The notes under the pieces were generated by a model. The model was not told where the DNA came from. It made no database searches and saw only the letters and a program-made list of their open reading frames with translations. A stretch of 52,930 bases of DNA from Trichosphaerium sp. ATCC 40318 (Eukaryota > Protista > Tubulinea): contig JALMLS010000426.1 in the NCBI GenBank assembly GCA_038496445.1, positions 1 to 52,930 on the forward strand, given 5' to 3'. Made by a program: the position numbers and the translations under genes. Of this stretch, positions 1 through 13,293 are shown one piece after another (positions within the stretch are counted from its first letter, which is position 1; each line of letters starts with the position of its first letter).

Positions 1-649
1 ACCTTCATCCGCGAATATAATGAAGCCGCGCGGTACCATACTATCTCTGAATCGTGGTACCCTGCACAAGTAAGTTTAACAATCTGAGACATAAAATAGC
101 GCTACAGCGCATATAATTACCTTACATCGCGTACTACGCCATGTTTTGAAAATATTCGTTCAAGACTGTCGTGCTCAAGCTCTTTTCGGCTAAAACCCTC
201 CTAATTATTGCGTCAATAGCGTAACATTAACTAAGAGAGGGTTGCAAACGCACGACGTAAATGGAGCGCTTTGACATTTGCTCTAGTGTTATTGTTGGCA
301 TTTTACCGCCTTTTCTCCTCAAACTGATACCATCAGAACCAAGTTCTAGCGTTTTAGATTGGCTGAATCAATTAGCACTTGTCAACATTAATGTCAATGT
401 ACCGTATTGCTTCGCATAGGTCTTCGTTGGTTGCTCCAAGCGTTTTTAACTTGTTGAATGATAACAGTACTTCAATTGGTACATCTAGGGCATTGTAAAT
501 TAATACTGACGCGTAAAATAATACATACAGTGTCCTGAGTTGCCTGCCATTTGTTGTTGCAAATGTTTGTCTTGAACAAGGTTTTCATCGCTGAAATAGT
601 ACTCAACCTGTTTAATTATCTGTGCATTACGCGTTGTACGTTCCGTCAT
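1..649 (-). CDS. La-motif/RRM RNA-binding protein (3' part runs off the window)
   Basis: IIKQVEYYFSDENLVQDKHL La motif, continuing after an intron (VPIEVLLSFNKLKTL), followed by RRM-like exons (RSIYV..., RGFIIFADE). Confidence 0.8.
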
Positions 650-833
650 CGCTTTGCCGACGCCAGTACTTAATCTAAAACACTCTGACAGCTTAACCGC
701 ACTCAAAGCAATTTTAGTACAGCCACCAGATAGCACAAACGCATACGCTAACCCAAACGCAAATATATTATCCTATTATACTTTTTGTACCAAATCAAAG
801 GCTTTGTGCCAATACACTGACTAAACGATCGTC

Positions 834-3527
834 ATGCGCAGCAAAATAACCAAAAGAACAAAAGAAAATGCAGGCGTTACATTAGAAGCACCACAACAGA
901 TGACAATATGCGAAAGCAAGATAGACTACTACAATCAAGTGCTACGCAAGTTAACAAAGGGATTTTCCAAAAATTTAAAATCTTTAAAAGGTACCAAATC
1001 AAGTTTCAATAGCACAGAGCGCCAAGGTTTCAGTGTTATTAATTTTCTGAGCTGTAATTACAGTTTGTGCTTTTTAGTCGCTAATATCGCTTAGACGTAC
1101 TACATGAAGGTACCAGATAGCAACGTTACAAGCTTAATTGGGTGCTAACCTAAACAGGTAATATGTTCTCAACAACGCTGAAGGAGGCATCTAGTTTACA
1201 AGGACAGTATAATATTCCTATTACAGGCGCTATAAATCCACTCGGTACCAACAAAAGAGGGTCAAGATTTCCGTTTTGATTTAACGCTCCGATCAGGATG
1301 TCTCAATGACATAGCAATGTTTCAAGCCGCCCTAGGTGATCTTCGTCTTGAGCTAGTAAAACAAGTTGAAAATGAGATTAATTACGGTCTCAAAGGGCTT
1401 CTAAGCAATGAAATAAATGATGCAAAGTCGCATAAATCACGTTACGACAAACAGGCAAGAATAAAGCTCTAAAAAGCTTTTTTGGACGTTTTTCTGTTTT
1501 TTTGGTAAACCCTATTTCCTTGTACTCACCACACGTAGAAAAAATCTATTGGCGATAAACTAAGGCGAAAAGGAGCTAAGAAGGTGACCCTAGAGCCAAA
1601 TAATCGAAAATATATATCTTTATTTAAATGTAACCCTTATAGGATGCAACGGATAACTATGTAGCTGAGTACCACAATATACAACAAGAAACTGAAAATA
1701 CACTCCGTGTACGCAGTGTCAAACTTTTTATGAAATTTATTTCGCTCAGTGCCATTTTCTTGGCTTCAGCCCTTGTTTACTGTTTTTTCTTTAGGCTATT
1801 AGTAATGTATGTGAATATGAGCTTCTCGAATCCATGTGTCTATACTTGGATGGTTACAAGACGTACTTTGAGAACGGAGCAAAGAGGATAAATGAAATAA
1901 TGCCTCAAATCCAAAAGTATAAGGATTATGCTGATAAACGCCGTAAAAACGTTACATCAAAGAGAAACTCATGGGTTCCACGTATGTTTAATATTGTAAT
2001 AGCTGTTACAAGAAAAAGAGCGAGACTTCCAAAAAAACAACCATATTCTTTACTAAGTTTTTATGCACAGGTCCACAAGACAGCAAAATCTTTGGTGTAC
2101 CATTGGAGTCCATTTTGTTCCGCGATAGAAAAAGGGTACAAATTTTTTCCTCTTTTTTTTTCACGTGCTTTTGTACTTACTAACACGTGATAGGTGACAT
2201 ATGTACCCGACCTTGTAATACAAATATCTAAGAGACTAAGTGAAAACCTACACTTTGAGGGCATGTTCCGGATATCTGGGCCTTCAGGTGACCTGGAGAC
2301 GCTACGAGAAGAAATAGATAGTGGTACGACTTTTTTTTTTTGAAGTATCTTTTTTTTGAACAAATGGCTTATTAGACGTCTAGGGAAGTATAATTTAGAT
2401 CTTTATTCTATACCTACAGTATGTAGCTTGCTTAAACTATTTTTACGGTCCCTTCCAGAGCCTTTAATGACACATGATCTTTATTACCCTATTATAGCTA
2501 CTACAAGTATGTTTTTCTCGGATTATTTTTTTCTCACTGGTCACGCAAACTTCTCTTTATTGTTTATCTAATTCCATTATCAGAGATTAAGGATGAGGAA
2601 GAACGGCTTTCTATTGTTGGTAAACTTATAAGAAGTATGCCAAACGCAAATAGGAATACACTAGAAAGGGTTATACAAATGTTAAACTCTGTTGCTTTAG
2701 AGTGCGTTTCTGTTTTTCTTTTTGTTCTGGCATACCAAGTTCCTACCTAATACCTTTACAGGAGTAAAACTAATTTAATGGACGCAGATAATCTAGCTTT
2801 GATAATGGTACACAGATAGTAGCTAGAAATATTATTCTTTTTTTCTTGTTTGCTAAAACTGTGCTCGTAGGCTCCTAATTTGATTGGTCCTCCAGAAAAC
2901 TCTGCAATTTCAGGTGTTGCTGCATTCGAGCATACAAGGCTAGCAAGTTGTATAGTTAAGATGCTGATAGAGAAATATGACTTTTTCTTTCCTCTTAAAT
3001 CAAGAATATTGAGAAATACAGTTTCTCTTGCAGATGATAACAGTGTTACAAAAACAGTTCAAAAACTTGTAAGGGATAACCCTGAGATAGATGATGACCT
3101 ATATATACGAGATGTAGGTGAATCAGCTGCAAAACCAGACCTTCGCCTGATGCTTAAGCAACAACTTCAGAAAAGTCCGAAAGTTGATAGAGACGACCAA
3201 CCTTCAACACCCAGAAGTGGAGCTTCCTTAACGCCCAGAAGCATACCTCCCTTAACACCGCGTAGCGGCCCATCTTTGACACCGCGTAGTGGTCAGACTT
3301 TAACACCACGTAGTGGTCCTCCTAGTCGAAATCTACCGTCGCTACCTGCCCGACGTGAATCTCACAGTAGTTATACACAGCCTAAGAAGGGTCACAGACC
3401 TTTACCTGCGTTTGTACCAGCAGACGAATACGATAGTGAGAGTGATACTAAGCAGCTTAAGAATCCTTCTGATGAGGATGATAAGCACTTCTCTGACTTA
3501 TTTGATCAATACGCTCGTTTGAAATAA
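834..3527 (+). CDS. RhoGAP protein with N-terminal helical (probably BAR) domain, multi-exon
   Basis: Spliced exons give EGMFRISG (arginine finger), SLLKLFLRSLPEPLMT and NLMDADNLALIM|APNL; the C-terminus is Pro/Ser-rich. Confidence 0.85.
3204..3323 (+). repeat. Five 24-bp coding repeats (xTPRSxxx) in the RhoGAP tail
   Basis: STPRSGAS-LTPRSIPP-LTPRSGPS-LTPRSGQT-LTPRSGPP. Confidence 0.9.
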
Positions 3528-3762
3528 GAAACCGGAACGAGCTTGACGCTATACCAGAAGCCTTATTACCATGTACAAAACATGATAAAAAGGTATTATT
3601 GTAGCTGACTACAAAAACCAAAAAACACTTGTAAATACTGTTGCATCAAAGCAAATAAAACAACTCAACCCAGGTTGATTAAACAAAGATTTTATTCTAG
3701 TGCAAGATTGTTTTGCATTGTTGAATTGTAATTACCAGTAACGAGGTCACTTAGGACTAAGG

Positions 3763-4980
3763 TTATACTACAGAACAGTATGATTGTCCTAGCGGTTCTG
3801 TAGAGTCATGCCATATAATCATTTGTTCTAGTGCTGTTGTTCCGTGTTTAATACCAAGTGTTTTCCTCTCTGAAGGGTACTTTAATGACTTTTGATAGTA
3901 TCTAATGCCGTCTATTGTTTTATCCCAGTTTATATGTGTATGGCCGAAAACATGAACAGTTGAGCCCAGTTTCTGTGAACAGGATGTTAGTCTCATTTTT
4001 TGAATTTTTGGGTTTTTTCAAAGAAAGTGAATTTAAGGTTACGTACTCTTATCTGTTCTTCTAGCTTATATGTACCAATAACCTTTGGTAAGTACTTTAT
4101 CCATAGTACAGATTTTGGCGGTATACATTCGATACGTGGTAAGAAATGGCTGAAAGAAATCACGGGAGCATCATATTTTTTAATATTTTGATCATTGAGG
4201 CTTATAAAGTAATCATCTGGAGTTCCTTTAGGTGCTCTTGGTGTCTTTGAGTTCGGGTTTAAGTATTCTTCTGGCCAAATACTACAAGTAAATATTAAAA
4301 AGACAGTTGACTACAGTGAAGCAAGAAGAAAAAAGAAGTAAGAAATACCAATGAGCGAAATCACCCCAACTTTGGATTATCTCATTTTTTGTTGACTCGT
4401 CTGTATCAAAATCCTCTCTGTACCAAGAAAACATAGGTACCACCCAAACAGGATTTACTGTACCTAACTTTTTTGGTGTTGTAATAACACCTAAAGTGAA
4501 TGTCAATAAACTTCGCTTTTTTTCTCAACTACGTTGCAGAATTTGTTTTGTCACGTGCCTAGTTCAGCACATAGTGCTATGATCATATTAAATTTCTCTA
4601 TGCTATCTTTGGCATGCTTATGGATCCACAATTCATGATTTCCTGGGACATAAAAGACTTCTTTGAACCTTAAAAATAAATGAAGAAAGTTCTTGTGCTC
4701 ACTTTGTTACCTTTGCTTCATTTCGATAAAGAATGTCCTCAACCTGCTCATTATATGGCTTACATCACCTGCGACGATAACCTAGCGCGTTTAGTTTTAT
4801 GTAATTATATTTCACGTGAAACGTACGTAATCTTGTTGATATGCCGTTTTAGACAGCTCCGTGAGCCAATTTCTGTTACCTAGACACTAGATAAATATTT
4901 TGCAACGTCTACAAGCGAGAACCTTCAAAATCAACGTGGACATCTGAAATACTAAAAAGGCGAGGTGCAGGTGCTGCCAT
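3763..4980 (-). CDS. Calcineurin-like metallophosphoesterase, multi-exon
   Basis: Motifs SDVH, AGDV, PGNHE, SHFLP and GHTH occur in the expected order; the protein ends in CSVV. Confidence 0.85.
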
Positions 4981-5113
4981 AGTTGCTAGTATAATTAAAT
5001 ACACAGTTTAACGTTTTTTTTGTGCAGACCTTATTTGACCACCTGTTGGAGCTTATAGGCGCTAACACGTATAAAACAAGCGCATGGGAGTGAAATTATA
5101 GGGCTTTGTAACA

Positions 5114-7092
5114 ATGAAACGTAGTATTTCCAGTGTAAGCCTTGAACCAGATGTAGCCAGCGCATATAGCGTAACAGAACACCTTGCGTGGCACTGGGGA
5201 TTTCTAATCTTGATTGCCATTTTGTACGTATCTGATTGACTACCGACGCTCCCTAATGCGTAAATGCGTTGTCTGGAAGCCATGCACAACATTTTGGTTA
5301 AGTGTCTTTAGATATGGACCCATTACCTTCTTTTACGCTGGAGATAGTAGAACAATAGGTTCTACTGCAGCTCTGCTAGTTTCGTCGTTGATTGCGCTCA
5401 CACTCATTATCCGAGTAATGTTATGCCAAATGAACGACCCACCAATGTGGCTACTGTACGTAGATACTCCCCAAACGCCCCAAAAAAAAAAAAGGCAGAC
5501 GGAAAACTACAATTACAATTATTTCCGCCGCCAACAACGAAATTGACACTCACACGCTACAGTTACAACGATTGTGTCATTTGCGTGCTTCTAGGATGCA
5601 CAGTACCAGCATTTTTTTTGGCAGTTGGTCCTTGTGTTGCACGGCACCCCAGAGAAATGGTTGACGCTAGCTTGTTGGCCTTTGATGATGCAGTACTAGG
5701 CTGGCACGTTTTTTTTTTGTATTTGTTTTCTGTAAATACAAGAAAAAACGGAAAAAAGAATTCCTTGTTCTTACTGCTTTTTAGGGTATTTCCTCAGGGT
5801 CAGTTTGCTCTTTGGCTTGATCAAAGCGCTTGGTTTAATCCAACCACTTTTTTGGGAAAGCTTATCACAGAGTTTTTTCAAATCATGTACTTTAGTTATT
5901 ATGGTTGGGGATATATTACCTTGGCATTATTGTTAGCAAGGTATGTGCAAGCTGTAGGACAACGATGAATTTTAGTCTCGCAAAATAGCTATTTCTTTCG
6001 TGTTGCACGTGATGCTAAACAAAAAGTTGCAGCTAGCGTTACCAATTCAGAACACAAGTTTTGTTGGTTTTATTTTTTTCGTTGAGGTTTTAGCAAGACT
6101 TGGTTAGGATCTTTTTAATGTGTTTGTTAGGTACTTTGTTTCTTCTCGTACTAAAGGAAGAGAGAGCGATATGTTAGAACTTAAAGGTACGTAGTAGTAT
6201 GTCACGTGATTAAAATGCATCGAAGTTCTTACTTATATTCTTTAGCTCTAAAGATGTATCTGTGTGGTTGGCTCTTTGCATATTATTTTAATTTCTTACT
6301 TAATTTTTCGTTCCCTGGGAAGTCACCGCGGTTATATATTCAAGATCAGTATAAACACGAATTAGAAGGATTTTTTCTTACCAAACCACTTCGAACAGTA
6401 AAAGATGATGCAAGTTTTGGTACTTTTCCTTCTGGTCATGCAAGTACGTCTCTATCCAATACTTGATGAAAATGACATATTCAAATAAAAGGCGAGAGTA
6501 TGGTTGCAGGATGCTACGGATTATTCTTGTTGAGGTACCCACTCAATGTCCAAAATTTTGTTTAATTCTCAACCTTTTTTACATGGTTTTCCACTTACCT
6601 ATGTTTTTAGTGCTTATGGTTTTGACTTTGACTTTAACTTGTTCGGGTTTATACCTATCCGTGCAAGATTTGTAAAACTATATGGCAAGGTACTATTCAC
6701 ACGAAATGTCATAGACTTCAACACAAGCCACGAGCTTAAAATATTTTTGTACTTTTTTATTCCTTCCAAAGCGAAATGCCGTACTTTGCCACACCTTGGC
6801 ATCACTAGAGTCTTACCTTTTTTAACAGGTTTCTTTCGTTGCTGGTATACTGATTGTGCTGTCAGCTATAATCAATCGGTATCATTACTTTGTTGACATT
6901 GTTGGTGCATCCTTTGTTTGTTTGGTTGCTTTATCATTCGGTTTTTATATTCTCCGTAGTGATACTTATTTCTTTGCTGCGTTACAACGCAGAACTGAAG
7001 GTACACAACCTTTAAAAAATGTTGTTGTGCCTCCAGAAGTAGTTTCAGATCTGGGATCTTCGCAAACAATAAAACAACAAAAAAAACACTGA
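5114..7092 (+). CDS. PAP2-superfamily membrane phosphotransferase (Aur1/Ipt1 IPC-synthase-like)
   Basis: FPGKSPR, FPSGH and RYHYFVD motifs plus several TM segments across spliced exons. Confidence 0.8.
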
Positions 7093-7450
7093 ACATATTA
7101 TAACCAAACCCACCAAACTAACGGTGGTTGTAAATGACCCAGGCGTCTTTTGTATTTGTACATTCCATTTAAAAATAATACAATATTACCTCGCCTAACA
7201 GAGTCCACTTTTGCGCTTGTTTCGGAGTACAAGTGCAGTAAAGCCTACAAGGAAGCGGTCTGACTCGCTACCAAATCTTTGAGCTGTGCTTCCTTACACA
7301 ATTCACAGTACCTGTAAATTTGAGTAAAGGGTGTAGTCTAGTGAGATGAATAACAAAACCGGTTGTGATCACGTGATTAATTTGTACAAGAAGAAATAAA
7401 GTTGGTTTTGTAGTCAAAGAAAGTTCTTTTAACTCCAAACATAACCCCAA

Positions 7451-8304
7451 ATGGAACAACTACAAGTAGGTGAGTACTACGATAAAAATATCTGTTTCAA
7501 GGATCATTGGCATAATTTTTTAACGTTGTAAATTAACGATATTTAGCAAACAGTTATAACCAACGCAGACGCTCTAAAGTAGCATGCTTAATGGTACGTG
7601 GAATTTACGGCCCTTTTATCTTTTTTTTTTATTTCTTACTCTCCAGCGCGACTGGAACTCTTTATTTGCTGCAGTATCTTTTTATTTTGAAAAGGAACTA
7701 AATATGATCGAATTAATCCTGTTCTTTGCTCGGCTCACTCTTTTCTCCCTAGGCGACTCTCACGTTTGTTGTCCTTATCGTTCTCGGCAGTGTAATGACT
7801 CTACGCCTCTTCAATAAAGACTATCACAAGAGAACCACAGTTGGCCACCATGAACGCGTTTCAGGCAGCGACGATCCAGCGAACCCAACGCAAATCCCAG
7901 ACACACGTAAGTAGAAAAACCCGACACGATCGGCCAAACCACAACGTTTTAACTGACCAACAATTTCAGCGAAGAACGGACAAAGTTTGACCGACACGCT
8001 AAGCAAAGCTGCTGAGTGGGTTTCGCATCATAGTAACCAAGCAACAGACTCTTTCGCCGCTATATCTTGTCCTAGACTCACAGACACTATTTGCAAAGCA
8101 ACTTCTTTCTGTAACTACTGCGGCGTCGATCACTGCACTTCAAACAAGATTTCATGCTCAGCACCAAAACCTGCGAAGGTTTCGAAAGTGTTAATTAGTA
8201 ATGCTTGCCTTAGCTTACCTAACAGTGTTTGTGGTAAATGGGGTGTGTGTTGGGAGTGCAACGGAAAGTGTATACCAGCATCTGACATTTGCTTGACTAA
8301 ATAG
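7451..8304 (+). CDS. Small membrane-anchored Cys-rich protein (start uncertain)
   Basis: Hydrophobic exon (TLTFVVLIVLGSVM) splices in frame to a Cys-rich last exon. Confidence 0.5.
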
Positions 8305-8399
8305 ATAACCAATAAAAAATCCGTAAAGGTTTGGTTTGCCACTACTGGCAGCAACTCTTGCATCTCGAGTTATTTTTAAGCGCTACTACAATCCCTAAT

Positions 8400-10238
8400 C
8401 CAAATCCACTTGTCTAATGTGCCGCGTTGACTCTGCTTTGAGTGCCTCTGCGTTATAAATTGTAAGCTTTCTTTACCATTGAAAAGGTGTTGCTTTGTTA
8501 TGGAAGTTTTAAACAGCAAAAACATGTTTCAACCATGTGACGCAGTCACCATCTATAAAATAAATACTTGTAGTAGAACTAAGGGTTCATTTTAATTAAA
8601 CTTGTTGATGGTACGCTTCTTTTTAACGCATCTTGCGATAAGGATGATTGCTATAGTTTTAAACAAACGTTAGATCACACCTCAAGTATGCCAACAATAC
8701 CACCTCCAGCAGCATATAGATACCAAGGTACTTGAAGGAGCAACGTTAGAAAATTACTACTTGTTTTAGTAACACAAAACGAATAAGAATTTAGTGAGAA
8801 TCATAGCGTACCAACTTTACATGCTGTAACACCTTCTTTAGATGTTAAAATATTACAAGAAAAGCACATGCCACCATCTTGGTAACTTCCTGGTTGACAC
8901 TATTGTTTTCAAGTAGTGCCTACTACTACGTACAAGTATGAAGGAGTTACCTTAATACAACCATCTTTGTTTTCTGTTCTGATTGATCCTGGATCGCATG
9001 CGGAGCACTTTACTGATCGTTCATGTGAGTAAAGAGGGTAAGGACAAAAATCACACCTATTCTGCCCACTAAGAATTCATTAGATGGAGGGCCTTAATCA
9101 GAAATTACCTAGAACACGTACGTTGAGTTTGCATATTAGCGCGTTCACAAAGTTTGCACTTGCTTTGTCCTTCTTTTAGGTTTGCACTTCCTCTCGTAAA
9201 AAGTGTACATTCAGGTTGTGTTGTCTCATTTGCAAAGGTTCCGGAGTAACAAGGCATGCAATTGAGGATATTTTTGTAAGATACACTTCCGAGCTCACAG
9301 TTTTCTTTCATAAAATGTCAACTAGTTTTTTGATTGAATAAAAAGTATTGTAAAAAACGCACTTGGAGATCCCTCGATTTTCTTGTCATGTATATCTAAT
9401 ATATCTGTTACAGTATTCAAGCTAGGGAAACTTCATTGTGTAGTGACAATATCACTGGCCTGTAGAACGAGTTATTTTAAGTATGTGGTCATTTTTGGGA
9501 TTGGTACTGTTTTTCCGAAGTGTTGTCAGCGATTACAATTCTTCCACTGTCGTAATTCCAGCGAATGTGAATGTACTATCCAGCTCCAGAAAAATGGTTC
9601 CCTTGTATTTTGTGAAACTGAATCCCTTATAAGACGTAATGAGTTGTACGCATCCCTTCAAAAGTTAGTATCTCTAAGAAAAATATCAATTTGAATTTGC
9701 CTCACCAACCAGAACTATTTTTTACTGCTTTTTTTAGATGTTTCTAAGATCACAATTTACATGAATTACGATTGGCCATAACAGCTCTTTTTTAAATCTT
9801 GTTCCTTGATGTTGTTTAATAGTACCTTCAACGAGTCCTGAATGATCTATCATCAAAACTATTGGAACAATTTCGATCCAGAGATTCCTAGCAAGGAGGG
9901 TTACAAAGAAGCTCTCTTGAGAATTCGTTTTCTTACTGCCATAGGCGTAGCCATTTGGGCATTGTAGAAGGAAATCACTTCCCATGGTAGTCAAATCAAA
10001 GCTTTGTGGGCCTGCTAGTACGATACAGTTATACCTCCAAAGAAATCTTCGAGATAAACTAAAAGAGATAGTGCGAACACCAGCAAGAGCTCCAGTAGCA
10101 CATTCTCTTGTCCAGCTAGGTTGGAAGGCGTGTTTATGGGTGGCAGAGCGGGTACTATCGCAGTAAAACAACTAAAGCTTAGCATACGAGAGTACAGCGT
10201 ACTGATAATAAGAGCGAGAAAACGAGGATTTGCGTCAT
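8400..10238 (-). pseudogene. Decayed secreted/surface protein gene: dermatopontin-like repeats plus ephrin-receptor-like Cys repeats
   Basis: Paralogous to 11722-12480 (WTRECATGALAG / QCPNGYA); CMPCYSGTFANETTQPEC repeat; frameshifts and in-frame stops; lower boundary approximate. Confidence 0.55.
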
Positions 10239-10720
10239 CTTTTTATCATTTGCGGACTCGCAAAAAGCATGAAAACCATGTTTCAGTTACTGAACATTTT
10301 CACATGAACAAAAACAAGGTAGAAACGTCGAGTTAGTGCTGTATGCAATAAAGCAAAAAAAGTTGAACGAATTTGTCCGAAAATTGTTGAGTTCTCTGAA
10401 AACACTCATTTTGATTGAACATACCACAAATCACGTGTATTCGTAATTTTTACCGCGAATCGTTTTTCAAACAGCTTTTAGACGTTGTGCTCTTGGATTT
10501 CAACATAATTGCAAGTTGCAATGTCCCATTTTTTCCGCAGCTGTCATGGATGTTGTTGCTGTTCGGATAATATCAACCAATGGTTGGGTACCTCTGGAAG
10601 CCGCTATTCAACGCGGCCTTTGAATTTTGTTCACTTAATATTACTGGAAGCTTGTCAAACACGTGAATTCAAAGATCGACCAAACAGACGTTTCCAACAT
10701 ATCTTCTCTACTCCACGCCA

Positions 10721-11660
10721 ATGCAATCATACCTGCTATTGACTCTGTTTTCTTCTTACATTATCCTCGTATCATGTAATGTATGTATATTACAAACAAT
10801 ATTGAATTAAACCTTTGAACTAATGTCTGTTTAGTGTTCTTGTTTGAGTGTGTTTGGAAAATGTATTATAAACCAAGATAGGTGTCCTCCTGGTACTCAA
10901 CCATCGTGTACTAATGCAAACTGTGGCTGCGATTGTGTTGAACCACCCACAGCTCCGCCGCCAACACCAACACCTCTTGACTGCGACCAACCTATGTTAT
11001 CAGATCAGTTCTCTGCTTCAGATTGTAGCCAAGGAACCGCGTACTTAGAAGCTTGTACAGAAGCCAGGGACGACTGTCACCAAAAGTGTATAGATGCTGG
11101 ATATCATACATCGCAACATCATTCATGCAGCGCAACAACTGAAGACTTTAACCTCCAATGTTGTAGAAGTGGAAGGTTCTATGACGTTTCTGCAAAAGCA
11201 GCTTGTTGTTGTTGTAACGAAAGTGCTCCTACAGCGCCTTCTGTTGAACCGGTATGTTCATTTTTTTGTAGTTTTTTTGCTAAAGCACGTGATTACTAGC
11301 CTTGCTGTGAATATGACGGTGACACTGACTCATGTATCGATAACTCTTGTGGTAGTCGAAGCCCATCAACAACAGTTCCAACCGAATGTATACGAGTCCG
11401 AGTTTTTAACGAAGAAGACAGTACGTTACAATGACACGGATACTAAGATACTCATTAACCCTAATGTAGGCACAACAAGAAACACATGTCTATGTCGAGT
11501 TATTACACAACCATCTTCTTTATGTGGTCCGTCATGTACTGCTGATAATCAATGCCAAAGTTACTTGAACGACCTTAGTATTTTTGATGTACTAGGATGT
11601 GTTAATTCAGTGGCCTCTGGTTGTATTTGTTCAATATGTGGCAGCGAAGATATGATCTAA
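10721..11660 (+). CDS. Secreted Cys-rich protein
   Basis: Signal-peptide-like first exon (MQSYLLLTLFSSYIIL), then very Cys-rich exons with Pro/Thr linkers. Confidence 0.65.
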
Positions 11661-11721
11661 TAAAATACCATGTTGATAAAGGTTGATCGTTTATTGAGCA
11701 CATTGTATTTTCCCAAGCCCT

Positions 11722-12480
11722 TTAGATCCTCTGTATACGTGCGCATTGGATATACCAAACTCTGCCAGTGCTACTTTGAAAAGAGTCAATAGTTACGAGC
11801 TTGAAACAAGGCTTACGTGTACAAACTTCTAAACCCAATAATGTAAGGTGATGTAGATGGACAGTTAACATTCTCTTGAGCTGGAGATCCAGGTATTGGA
11901 GTAAAGCTCGCTTCATTTTGTTAGGTAAAACAAGATTATAAGGTCTTACATAAATAAATTTTGTCTGCAGCAGTGCTCTGTGTAGCATGAGTTCTAGTTT
12001 CGGTCAATCAATAGTTGACTGAAGTGAACCAGTACCTGCAACGAAATCTAAATGTCCTATCATTAAAAACAGTAGACCAGTTTGATGCAGAGATCCCTAG
12101 CATTAAGCGAGTTAAAAAACCCATTGAAATTAGAATGTAATATTTTGATTCGTACTATCAACTGCGTAGCCGTCGGGACATTGTACTAGAAACTCGCTTG
12201 CCATAGTAGTCGATGAAAGGAAATATTGTGCGCCTGTTAAAGCTAGACTATCGTCTTCACAACGCCAAAAAAACATATTGTCTGAGCCAACAGACCACGT
12301 GCTTACGCCTGTAAAAGCACCATAAGAACATTCTCTTGTCCATGCAGTATCTATAGGCGTGGTGGTCGATGGTGTGGCTGGTACTACACCAGCGAGACAA
12401 CTTGCTCTGTTAGTAGTGCTTTGAAGTATGATAAGTGCTTACGTTGACAGAAACAGCGAAAAGATAAGTTGATGCACCAT
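11722..12480 (-). CDS. Secreted protein with three dermatopontin-like repeats
   Basis: Splices in frame; signal peptide; repeats CSYGAFTGVST..DNMFFWRC, CPDGYAV..NDRTFRFRC and CPSTSPYIIGFRS..GRVWYIQC. Confidence 0.6.
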
Positions 12481-13293
12481 GCTAGTGTTTATCAATTTTT
12501 TGTATAACATTGACTTAACGGTAAGTGAAAGGAAGTCCATAGAGTATGCCCACTGCCACAACGGCCCATGCCGCTAATACATACCATGTATTACTATTCA
12601 TGTGAATATTTAAAGTTCACGTGAATAACAGAAACCATAAAACCTATTATTGGCCTCCTTTTCTACAAGTTGTACAATTTATTTGCAACTTGCAATGCGA
12701 TTTTATCCGTCACGAGAAATACATCATGAACTTTGGAATGCCTCATACCATAGTGAACCATCACTGCTAGCGTAAAATTTGTTGACCTATGATATCGTAG
12801 GTAAAATCCATGGGACTTTTTGAAATAAACCGGATCAAAAAAGCACGTGTTCAAACCAACGAAGACTAACGGCTCCTATTGTTCTGAATCCGCTTCCTAC
12901 GATAGAACGCAAGGTATATAGCTCAGACATGCCTGAAACGTTGAAACTCGGAGAAATACCCAAAATAGGTAGTGATTTTTTTAGGGAGGTGCGCCGAGTA
13001 GTTTAGAAACACATAGCAATTTTCAGAACTTGTAACATGTGTTGCGTCCCCAAAGTGCCATAAATTCGAAATACGTTATGTTAGCACACATTCGAGGTTA
13101 AATAAGCAAAACACCGGAGTTCAAATGAAGGAGAAACTTGCGTTAAGGTATTGTGCACAGTGTCTAGTTACCCTTATTTCTTCCACAGACGTATTGTTAT
13201 TCTTTGGACACAAAAAACCGGCTTAATCGGACCAGAATAAGGTTTGCATCATATCAATTTAATTTGTTTTTATTTCCCTAATAGCACTCAAAC

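Noticed and set aside
9828-9830. TGA aligned to a Cys (TGC) of the paralogue, as a second Sec codon
   Set aside because: The same gene has neighbouring frameshifts and other stops and I saw no SECIS, so it is best explained as pseudogene decay
12419-12442. Apparent 24-nt intron or premature TAA
   Set aside because: A better acceptor with branch site (CTAACAG) gives an ordinary 36-nt intron, and the paralogue has an intron at a similar position
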